Positions 10,745-18,744 of a stretch of DNA of 64,000 nucleotides are shown here, piece after piece. Source of the DNA: Pelagomonas calceolata (taxonomy: Eukaryota); NCBI GenBank assembly GCA_918797485.1, contig CAKKNE010000003.1, positions 2,046,001 to 2,110,000 of the forward strand, written 5' to 3'. The notes under the pieces were generated by a model. It saw only the letters and a list, made by a program, of their open reading frames with translations, had not been told where the DNA came from and did no database searches. Made by a program: the position numbers and the translations under genes. Position 1 is the first letter of the stretch; each line of letters begins with the position of its first letter.

Positions 10745-12262
10745 CTACGTCCCCCTGGCTTTTTTGGCCTCGAGCTCCGCCCGCCTCCCGGGCGTCGCCC
10801 GCGACACCGGGTCGGAGCTCCGCCACGCGAATGGAGTCGCCCACCTGGGCCAAAGACAGCTCCAGGGGTACCTCGGCACCTGGGCGAAAATTTCCCGCGC
10901 CGTCGGGTCGCCGAGGTGTGGACCGCACACGAGCTGGAAGCCGGGGCCGGAGACGGGGTTGACCTCGAGGACGTGGAAGCCGGCGCCTCCCGCCGTGAGG
11001 GTCGCGTCCCAGCCGATCCACGGGTAGGCGTCGGCGAAGTACTCGGCGCACAGGAGGTCGTGCAGGGCCGCGCACCGCTCGACCATCGCGCGCGCCCCGG
11101 GCAGCAGTCGGCCGTCGATCGGTGCGCCCGTGTTCGGGTGACGCGCGTGCAGGTTGCCGAAGAGGTCCCGCGCCGGCCCGGCGAGCCGCTCCGCTCGCCA
11201 GTCAACGTTGCAGAATATCCCACCGTCCGAGTAATTGTCGGCGGGCACTATGGTGTTCGACGGCATGCGCATGGCGCAACCCACGACGGCCGCGCCGCCC
11301 GCCGCGCGGGAACTCGTCAGGTCGACGGGCTGCGCGGTGACGACGCGGAACGTGCACAACGCGGCATTCTCGCCGACGAGCGCGCGCACGCGGTCGGTGT
11401 TGCGCAGGCGCTCCTGCACGAGCACGCCGCCCGCGTTGCTGGCGGGCGCGAGCTTTCGCCAGAGCGCCTCGGGGCTGATCACGGGGTCGCGACCTGGGAC
11501 GCGCGTCCGCCAGCCGACGGTGCCGATCTCGTCCACGTACGCGTCGTCGCGCCACGCGTACGTCTCGACGTGCCGTCCGCCGTCGAGGTAACGCGGCTTG
11601 ACGAACAGATCCTGTCGCGGGAGCCGCCCGCGGCGTAGGTCGAAGACGCGCGGGGTCGGCACGCCGCGCGAGCACAGAAAGCGAGAGAACAGCAGCTTGT
11701 CGCCGCACTGGAGGATCACGTCAGGACGCCTGCGCTCGTACATCTTCTGCAATTGAAGCTGCCGCGCCCAGGTGAGGTACAACCTCCGCTGTGTCGCCGT
11801 CTCGCGCACAGCGGCGCCCCCCGCGATCCAAGACCCGCGCAGGATCGAGAGCATCGCCTCGTCGCTCACGGTCAATTTTGCGCGCACTAGGCTCAAGACG
11901 AGCCAACTTCGCCGCGGCTGCCACATGATCCTTCGCGCCGTCGCGCCGTCGCCCGCCCGCGCCGCGCACCACGCTAGCTTCAGGAGCTGCCGCACCACGC
12001 GGGCCCGGCCCGGCCAGTGGCTCCGCGCGTGGCCCGCATGCCAGAAGCGATCCTCGTTGTCGTCGCCCAGGATCGCGGCGCGCTGCCGCCAGCCGTTGTC
12101 GAGGGCCTCCAGCGCCCAGTCGTACCGGTGCTTGCGAGCGTCGATGGCGGCAGTGTCCGCGGGCACCGCGTCCTCGGGAATCGCGTGCCGGCGTGTAGGT
12201 GTGGGTGGGGGTGGCAGTGGCAGAGGCAGCGTCATATCCACTGCGCAGGAGACTTTTGACAT
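10745..12262 (-). CDS. ATP-grasp ligase, sugar-transfer-associated (ATPgrasp_ST / alpha-L-glutamate ligase-related) type
   Basis: DKLLF...GVPTP, LFVKP...GG, VLVQERLRN, TFRVVT, DNYSDGG, HPNTG, IGWDA and LEVN. Confidence 0.75.
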   Translation of the reverse strand: MSKVSCAVDMTLPLPLPPPPTPTRRHAIPEDAVPADTAAIDARKHRYDWALEALDNGWRQRAAILGDDNEDRFWHAGHARSHWPGRARVVRQLLKLAWCAARAGDGATARRIMWQPRRSWLVLSLVRAKLTVSDEAMLSILRGSWIAGGAAVRETATQRRLYLTWARQLQLQKMYERRRPDVILQCGDKLLFSRFLCSRGVPTPRVFDLRRGRLPRQDLFVKPRYLDGGRHVETYAWRDDAYVDEIGTVGWRTRVPGRDPVISPEALWRKLAPASNAGGVLVQERLRNTDRVRALVGENAALCTFRVVTAQPVDLTSSRAAGGAAVVGCAMRMPSNTIVPADNYSDGGIFCNVDWRAERLAGPARDLFGNLHARHPNTGAPIDGRLLPGARAMVERCAALHDLLCAEYFADAYPWIGWDATLTAGGAGFHVLEVNPVSGPGFQLVCGPHLGDPTAREIFAQVPRYPWSCLWPRWATPFAWRSSDPVSRATPGRRAELEAKKARGT

Positions 12263-12330
12263 CGGCTCCTGCCGTCCCGCAGTTCAATTAACTGTTGGAG
12301 ATTGGACTGCCGACGCCAGTGAACTGCGTC

Positions 12331-12500
12331 GCTGCAAGCATTTTGACTCAGAGCAACCAGAGAGCAGCACAGTTGGTTGGGCGTTGCGAGGGGCAGCCGC
12401 AAAGAGCTGCAAGCATTTTGACTCAGAGCAGACAGAGCAGCACGAGTTTGCGCGGGGCAGCCGCAAAGGGCAGCCGCAAAGAGCAGCCGCAACAAGAGCA
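12331..12500. repeat. Short intergenic tandem duplications (GCTGCAAGCATTTTGACTCAGAGCA x2; GCAGCCGCAA x4)
   Basis: Units seen at 12331 and ~12407, plus clustered GCAGCCGCAA units at ~12393-12492. Confidence 0.8.
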
Positions 12501-12598
12501 GTCGGGCAGGGCCCCAAAACGAGGAATTAAATAAATTCAACCACCCTGATTCGAGCGCCGCGCCGCGCGTAGGTTCAGCAGTGGAGGAGGGCGGGGTG

Positions 12599-14374
12599 AT
12601 GGCGCAGCAGGCGTGCCTCCAAAAGTGCCGCCTCGGCCCGCCGCAACCCGTATACCCGCCGAACGAGTACACGGCTCCGCTGCCCCGCGACGGCGTGAGC
12701 ACGGGCGACCCAAACGCGCGCTACGACCATTTCCGCGCGCCGCGGGCCGACCACATCCTCCGCGAGGCCGACTTCGACTACGGGACCGAGCTTGCGCAGC
12801 TCGCCGCGACCGGTCCGCCGCCTGCGGGCTTCTCGCCGCGGACGCCGCCGCCGCCCGGCGCGCTCGCGCTGGACGTCGACGCCGAGGGCCGCGTCCGGGA
12901 GCGCGAGCGCATCATGCGTCTCCGCGAGTCTTGTTTCTACCAATTCTGCTGCTGCACGTGCTGTTCCGACGAGCTCTACAAGTACAGCCCGGAGCGGGAC
13001 GACGCCCAGGAGCGCGCGGCGGCCGCCGCCCACGGCGCCTTCGTCGACGAGGCGCGAGGCACGCTCGTCGTGACGCGCCACGCCTACCGCGCGGTCGTGC
13101 CGAAGAACTACACGACGACGGACCAGTACGGCCACAAGTTCGCCGGCATCGGCATCGGGGCGCACGACGTGTCGGAGCGAGGCTTCGCCGTACCGCTGCG
13201 CTACTGCCGGGTCGCGGCGGTGCCGACGGGGTCCGTCGCCCGCCGGCCCCTCCTCCTCGATCCGAAGGTTTCGGACTGCAAGGTCGAGGGTTCGGTCGTC
13301 GTCGTCTCGTGCGTGCCGACCGAGGCCGCGTCGCTGGAGGTCGTCGTGGCGTGCATCGACGTGGGGCCCGCCGGCAACGCGGGCGCGTTCGCCGCCGCCG
13401 CCGCGCGGGCTGCGGCCGCGGCGCCGCCCGTGTCCGCGGCGGACCGGGCCGCCTACGACGAGTGGTTCGTCGCGACGCTGGCGCGCTCGGGCCAGACCAA
13501 GGGCCCCGGCCAGTTCCGCAAGGTCGTCGGCGGCCTCCCGACCGGGCCGGCCGCTTACCGGTCGGCGAGCACCGACTGGTTCGGCGGTGGCGCGACGATC
13601 CGCGAGCTCGGCATCCGGCTCGACAGCAGCAACGTCGTCTTCCAGACGAAGAGGACCAACCCTGTCGTCTTCGAGCACGTCAACACGGGCGACTGCCTGC
13701 ACGGCATCGACGGCCGGCAATTGCCGGCCGGCGGCAAGAAGGCCGCCAAGGCCCTAGGGTCGCCCGAGTTCTGGGGCGGCAGCGCCGCGTCGGGGACCGG
13801 CGCCGGCCTGTTCACGACGCAGACTCCCGTGTACAACCCCGCGCGAGTCTACTCTGCGCCCCCCGTCGACGCGGGAGTGGCGAGGACGGCGACGCTCGCC
13901 GCGGCGGCGCCGCCGACGATCGTGAGCGCCGGAGGCCTCGGCGCGGTCGGCGTCGCGGACGGCGACGTCATCCTCAAAGCCGTCGTGAACGGCGCGCGCG
14001 TCGACGCGGCGGCCATGGACGGCGCGGCCTTTGCCGCGGCGCTCGCGTCCGCCGCCGGGTCCGTTGTCCTGGAGTCGGTGCTGACGCTCCGCGACCCCGT
14101 CTTCGGGCAGGACCCCTGCATGCAGCGGTCGCTCCCGTGGTGCGACATCGGCGAGGCGAACCGGACGACCCAGGTCGCGCCGGTCTCAGGCGTGGTCGCC
14201 GTGGGGACTGTCGTCGCGCCGCCGTCAACGTTCAAGGTCCAAGTGCCGCCCGGCGGCTCTGCCGGCCAAACGATCCAGATACAAGCGCCGAACGGTGTGA
14301 CGGTGCAGGTCCAAATCCCGGTTGGCTGTGCGGCGGGCTCGACGTTCGAGGTCGCGATGCCGGAACTAGCATGA
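12599..14374 (+). CDS. Paralog B of 8556-10685: lacks both WWE domains and has a different beta-rich C-terminal domain
   Basis: Core nearly identical to paralog A. Ends in TFKVQVPPGGSAGQTIQIQAPNGVTVQVQIPVGCAAGSTFEV. Confidence 0.75.
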   Translation: MAQQACLQKCRLGPPQPVYPPNEYTAPLPRDGVSTGDPNARYDHFRAPRADHILREADFDYGTELAQLAATGPPPAGFSPRTPPPPGALALDVDAEGRVRERERIMRLRESCFYQFCCCTCCSDELYKYSPERDDAQERAAAAAHGAFVDEARGTLVVTRHAYRAVVPKNYTTTDQYGHKFAGIGIGAHDVSERGFAVPLRYCRVAAVPTGSVARRPLLLDPKVSDCKVEGSVVVVSCVPTEAASLEVVVACIDVGPAGNAGAFAAAAARAAAAAPPVSAADRAAYDEWFVATLARSGQTKGPGQFRKVVGGLPTGPAAYRSASTDWFGGGATIRELGIRLDSSNVVFQTKRTNPVVFEHVNTGDCLHGIDGRQLPAGGKKAAKALGSPEFWGGSAASGTGAGLFTTQTPVYNPARVYSAPPVDAGVARTATLAAAAPPTIVSAGGLGAVGVADGDVILKAVVNGARVDAAAMDGAAFAAALASAAGSVVLESVLTLRDPVFGQDPCMQRSLPWCDIGEANRTTQVAPVSGVVAVGTVVAPPSTFKVQVPPGGSAGQTIQIQAPNGVTVQVQIPVGCAAGSTFEVAMPELA

Positions 14375-14563
14375 TCTCCTATACTTTCTAGGAGCCTTTC
14401 CCTGTCCATATCCTAATGAGTGCTATCTACAAAATACTACATTACATCCCCGGGCAGGGCGCGCGGCAGGCTAACGTCTACGGGCGCCGCGTCTTCGGGT
14501 TTCGTCTGGCGCGCGGGCCCGGGTCTGTCCAAGTACGCCCTGCGCGCGAGGCAGAGGCCGTGA

Positions 14564-14632
14564 AAAAGGTATAAACTCCTTCCGGGTCAGCTGCCCTGAG
14601 GGCAGCTAACCCTGTAGGAGTTCATGCCTTTT
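14564..14632. repeat. Inverted repeat / hairpin (33-bp arms, 3-nt loop, 5 mismatches)
   Basis: AAAAGGTATAAACTCCTTCCGGGTCAGCTGCCC-TGA-GGGCAGCTAACCCTGTAGGAGTTCATGCCTTTT. Confidence 0.85.
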
Positions 14633-14941
14633 CCCCTGCCGGGGGCTGCTCCGCAAGGGTGCCAAATCCGGCGTGGGGGGTGATGATTCGGGTTTAAGAC
14701 TTTTTGATTCTTATAAACCACCGATTTCGGGTTTCGCGGAGGTTTGCTGAGTCTTCGTGGCGTAAGGTGCGGAGCATTCGATTCGCCGACCGGAACGTTG
14801 AATTTCTCGCGGTGAAACGTGCTGACGGAACGTCAGTACGCTTTGCCTTGGCAAAGTTTAACGCTTTGCACAGCAAAGTCGAACGTTATGTATACCCACA
14901 TCAAGTAGCCTCTCTTTAGGTCTAAGTTGCCTTCACTTAGA

Positions 14942-16345
14942 CTAGGCATACCCACGCCCCCTCCGGGGGCGTAGGCCGGCGCGAAGCGGCTTGCCCGTCG
15001 GGCCCACGGGGAGCGCCGGTGCGGTGCAGATGTACTGCGGTCGCCTCGCGGCCGCGAGATAAGGTTCTAAAAACGACCGCAGCTCCGCGAGCGTCGGCGC
15101 CGCCCCGCGCGGCACCACGAGGAGTCCGATCGCCTCGCCGAGCGCGTCGTGTGGCACGGCAAAACAGACGCACGCGGCGATGCGGGGGTGGCGCAGGCAC
15201 GCGTCCTCGACCTCCAGCGGTGACACCACCTCGCCGCCGCGATTTATGATTTCCTTCGCGCGGCCCGTGAGCGTGAGCCAGCCGTCCGGGTCGATGCGGC
15301 CGAGGTCGCCGGTCGCGAACCATTCCTTGGCGTCGTGTGAGACGAGCGGGCCGCGGATGAGGACTTCGCCCCGCTCGGATATCGCCAGCTCCGGGCCGAT
15401 CGCCGGGCCGACGCTGCCCGCCCGGTCCAGCTCGTACGAGCCGCGCGGCGAAGCAATCGGCATACATTCCGTCATCGAATACGTCGGGAGGACGACGGCC
15501 CCGGACCAGGCGCGCAGCTCCTCGGCGACGGCCGCGGGCAGCGCGGCCGCGCCGCTGCGGTAGAGGCGTACGGCGCGCGGGGGCGTCGCTCCCGGCGTGC
15601 GCGCGGCGAGAATAGCTTGCAGGTGCGACGGCACGCAGTAAATCCAGGTGACGCGCGGCGAGAGGTTGTCGAGGTTCAGGACGTCGGTGGGCGAGAAGGT
15701 TTTGACGTAGACCGCCGCCGAGCCCGACACGAGCGGCGAGTAGATGTTGGAGACGATCCCGCCGATGTGGTGGAGCGGCATGAAATTGAGGCAGCAGTCC
15801 GAGGGTCGCAGCGCGAGCGATCGCGCGATGGCTTCCCCGCCCGCGACGAGCTGCTGTCGCGTCTTCGCCACGATTTTGGGTCTTCCGGTCGTGCCCGACG
15901 TTCGTAGCAAGAGACAAGGCCGGTTGGCCGCCGGATCGGCCACGACCGCATCCGGTCCTGGGAGGTGAAACGTCGCGCCGGCCTCTCCCGCTTTGGGAAC
16001 CGCGACGACGACCGCTGTGCCGACGGCGGCCGCGGCCGAGGCCGCGGGGCCGGCGGCCGCGTCGACGACGCACCCGGCGCAGCCAGCGAGCGCAACTCGC
16101 AGCTCCACCACCGCCGCGTTCGGGTCGAGCGGCACCGCGACCGCCCAGTGCGCCACTCGCAGCAAGCTCAGGGCCAAGTCGGCGCCGTTCTGCATCGCGA
16201 TCGCCACCCGCGTCGACGCGTCGACGCCGCGCAGGTCATCGTGCAGCAGCGTGCGCAAAGCGGCAAAGGTGCAGGGGCCGCGTGCGGAGTCGAAGCCGTC
16301 GTGGGCAAAGGGCAAAGATCCCGGTGCTGCAGCACCAGGTAGCAT
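14942..16345 (-). CDS. AMP-forming acyl-CoA synthetase / adenylation enzyme (ANL superfamily, oxalate-CoA-ligase-like)
   Basis: RTSGTTGRPK, MPLHHIGG, PTYSMTE, WFATGDLG, GRAKEIINRGGE and PVGPTGKP. Confidence 0.88.
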   Translation of the reverse strand: MLPGAAAPGSLPFAHDGFDSARGPCTFAALRTLLHDDLRGVDASTRVAIAMQNGADLALSLLRVAHWAVAVPLDPNAAVVELRVALAGCAGCVVDAAAGPAASAAAAVGTAVVVAVPKAGEAGATFHLPGPDAVVADPAANRPCLLLRTSGTTGRPKIVAKTRQQLVAGGEAIARSLALRPSDCCLNFMPLHHIGGIVSNIYSPLVSGSAAVYVKTFSPTDVLNLDNLSPRVTWIYCVPSHLQAILAARTPGATPPRAVRLYRSGAAALPAAVAEELRAWSGAVVLPTYSMTECMPIASPRGSYELDRAGSVGPAIGPELAISERGEVLIRGPLVSHDAKEWFATGDLGRIDPDGWLTLTGRAKEIINRGGEVVSPLEVEDACLRHPRIAACVCFAVPHDALGEAIGLLVVPRGAAPTLAELRSFLEPYLAAARRPQYICTAPALPVGPTGKPLRAGLRPRRGRGYA

Positions 16346-16434
16346 TTTCGCCTCTGTTGCAAAGCACTTGGAAACAATGCAAGGAACGCCTCTGCATCGA
16401 TTAGCTCATGTGCCGCAAGCGGAGATGCAGCCCA

Positions 16435-16455
16435 CTCTCTCTCTCTCTCTCTCTC
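16435..16455. repeat. (CT)n microsatellite
   Basis: Run of about 10 CT dinucleotides. Confidence 0.9.
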
Positions 16456-16578
16456 GCCCCCTAGCCCAACGAGCCCGTAAGGCTGAAACTGGCTCCGTCT
16501 CAGACCTCTCTCTCGCCCCTCGGGCCTGGCCGCTGGGCTCTGCGGGGCTGCCTGCCTTCTTGGCTTTTGCCTTTTTGG

Positions 16579-16600
16579 CTAGTGCCTTTCACGACGCTAG
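16579..16600 (-). promoter_or_regulatory. CTAG-box motif, divergent copy (CTAGCGTCGTGAAAGGCACTAG)
   Basis: 18/22 match, between the divergent ligase and GT2 genes. Confidence 0.5.
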
Positions 16601-16680
16601 GGGCGCTGCGGCGCGCGCGCGCGGTGCCTTACGATGCCACACGGCACCGCAAACGGCATGGGGCAGCCCTAAGATGAACC

Positions 16681-18705
16681 ATGGAGAGCAACACACAAGC
16701 CATTCGCGTCGTGGCGCACCTGCGGTTTGACGACGACCACGAGCTACCCGCCAGCCGCGCCTACATAGATGGCGTGCTAGGGCGCGGCGGCCTGCGCAGC
16801 GAGGACGCGACGGCCGGCACGATCGGCGCGCTGGCCGCGGCGGCGCGGCGGCGCGACGTGCTCTGGGCGGTCGCAGCCGTGCCGTGCGACGCGTGGGTCG
16901 CCGCGCGGCGGCGGCGGGTCGGCGACGAGCCTGTCGACGCGACGGCGGCGGTCGCACGGAGCCGCGCCGCGTGGCATCGCGCGGTGCTCGAAACGCTGCC
17001 GCCGGACCGCGTCACGCTTCGGGACCCCGCGGACGACGAGGCGTTCCTAGATCTCGTCGCCGGGGCGGCCGGCCTGGCGCTCGGCGGGCGCGCACCGCGC
17101 GGCCGCACCCTGCGCGCCGCCAACGACAATCCGGCCGTCGTCCGGTCCCACGTGCTCGCGGCGGTGACGCTCGGCCCGGACGCGACGGCCGCGGACCGCA
17201 CGGCGCACGGCGCGGCGTGCCTGCTCCTGCCGACGGCCGCGGACCGCGCCTTCGCGGCGCGCGCGCTCGGCGGGACCGCGGCGCTCAACGCCAAGCGGTG
17301 GGTCGAGCGCGCGACGGGTGATACGGTTCGCCCCGCGGACTGGCGCGCGCGCATCGACGTCGTCGTGCCAACCGTGCGCCTCGACGCGGTCGCCGTCGCC
17401 CGCGTCGCGGCGCTTGCTGCGCCCGCGTGCCTGCCGGGCCTCACGCTCCTCGTCGTCGTCGACGAGCCCGCCGAGCAGAGCCGCGAGGGCGACCGTGCCG
17501 AGCGGCTGCGCGCGGCGCTCGCGGCGGCGCGCGCGGCGCGCGGCGGCGGCGGCCTCTACGTCCGCGTGCTTTCGACGGCCGGCCGCGCGCGGCCCGCGCG
17601 GCGGCCCTGCGAATCCGCGGCGGCGCGCCACCGCGGTACGGCCGGCGCCGCCGCCGCGCGGAACGTCGGCCTCGAGGCGTCGCGTGCGGAGTGGTGCGTG
17701 CTGCTCGACGACGACGTGGAACCGGCGCCGGACCTCCTCTACCGCTACGCGGACGCGGCGCACGCGGCCGGAGGCGACGCGGCGTGCGTCGGCCTCGCGG
17801 GCCTCACGGTCTTCCGCGACGCCGGCGACCGGTTTTCGCGCGCGGCGCGCTCGCTGGGCATGGTCGTGAACTTCGACAACGCGGCGACGTGGGCCGACGA
17901 CCCGGGCGGGCCGCCCTGGGCACCGACGGCGAACCTGATGGTGCGGCGCGTCTGGCCCGGGGGCAACGACGACGACGTCGAAGCGCCGCTCGCGGCGGTC
18001 GCGGCGCGCTTCGACGAGCGGTGCCCGCGCAACGGCGGCGCCGAGGACGTCGAGCTCGCGGCGCGCGCGCGGGCCGCGGGCCTGCGCCTCCGGGCGGCGC
18101 CGGGCGCGGTCGCGGCGCACGACCTGTGGCCCTGGCGCGGACAGCTCGCGCGCGCGTGCCGCTGGGGCCGCGCCACCGCGCTCCTTGCGGTCGCGCACCC
18201 GCGCCACGTCAAGCGGCGCCTTCCCAACGCCGTCGAGTGGACGGCCGGCGCGCTGGCGTATGGCCTCGCGCGCGCGCCGCGCCGGGCGCCCGCATACGCC
18301 CTCGCGATCCTCCTGGGACGGTTCTCGGCGTTAGCCGTCCGCCAGCATCGCAACGCGGTCGAAAACGAGCGCCTCAACAGCCATCTGCCGCCCGCGGAGC
18401 GCGTCGAAATGGGCGGCGGCGTTGGCTGCGCGGGAGCCTGGGATCGGTTTGTCGTCCACGGACTTCTGCGCGCGATTCTTGTCCTGGCGAGTGACTGCGG
18501 CGACTTCGCGGGCGCCGCAGCGCTCGTGCCGACCTTCGTCGCGTCCGGCTTCGACGGGCGCTACCTCTTCTTCGGCAGGGCATTCGACTACACGCTGGGC
18601 GCGCGCGCGCAGAAACCCCGCGGGCGGGCCGACGTCGTCACCGACGTCGCGAGCGTCGCAGGAATGCTCGCGTTCATCGTCCTGCTGGGAGAGTGGGTGC
18701 TGTAG
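16681..18705 (+). CDS. Family 2 glycosyltransferase (GT-A fold) with hydrophobic C-terminus
   Basis: IDVVVPT, GAAAARNVGL, WCVLLDDD, TANL and GGAEDVEL. C-terminal TM-like segments. Confidence 0.8.
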   Translation: MESNTQAIRVVAHLRFDDDHELPASRAYIDGVLGRGGLRSEDATAGTIGALAAAARRRDVLWAVAAVPCDAWVAARRRRVGDEPVDATAAVARSRAAWHRAVLETLPPDRVTLRDPADDEAFLDLVAGAAGLALGGRAPRGRTLRAANDNPAVVRSHVLAAVTLGPDATAADRTAHGAACLLLPTAADRAFAARALGGTAALNAKRWVERATGDTVRPADWRARIDVVVPTVRLDAVAVARVAALAAPACLPGLTLLVVVDEPAEQSREGDRAERLRAALAAARAARGGGGLYVRVLSTAGRARPARRPCESAAARHRGTAGAAAARNVGLEASRAEWCVLLDDDVEPAPDLLYRYADAAHAAGGDAACVGLAGLTVFRDAGDRFSRAARSLGMVVNFDNAATWADDPGGPPWAPTANLMVRRVWPGGNDDDVEAPLAAVAARFDERCPRNGGAEDVELAARARAAGLRLRAAPGAVAAHDLWPWRGQLARACRWGRATALLAVAHPRHVKRRLPNAVEWTAGALAYGLARAPRRAPAYALAILLGRFSALAVRQHRNAVENERLNSHLPPAERVEMGGGVGCAGAWDRFVVHGLLRAILVLASDCGDFAGAAALVPTFVASGFDGRYLFFGRAFDYTLGARAQKPRGRADVVTDVASVAGMLAFIVLLGEWVL

Positions 18706-18744
18706 GTCGCTAGACTGTTGTCATGTAGTACATACACATATTTG

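Noticed and set aside
8790..14167. Positive selection between the duplicated paralogs
   Set aside because: About 9 replacement versus about 5 silent changes by eye is compatible with neutrality; too few sites.
14694..14919. Short ORFs in the AT-richer segment
   Set aside because: No recognisable motif, non-ATG or weak starts and atypical codon use.
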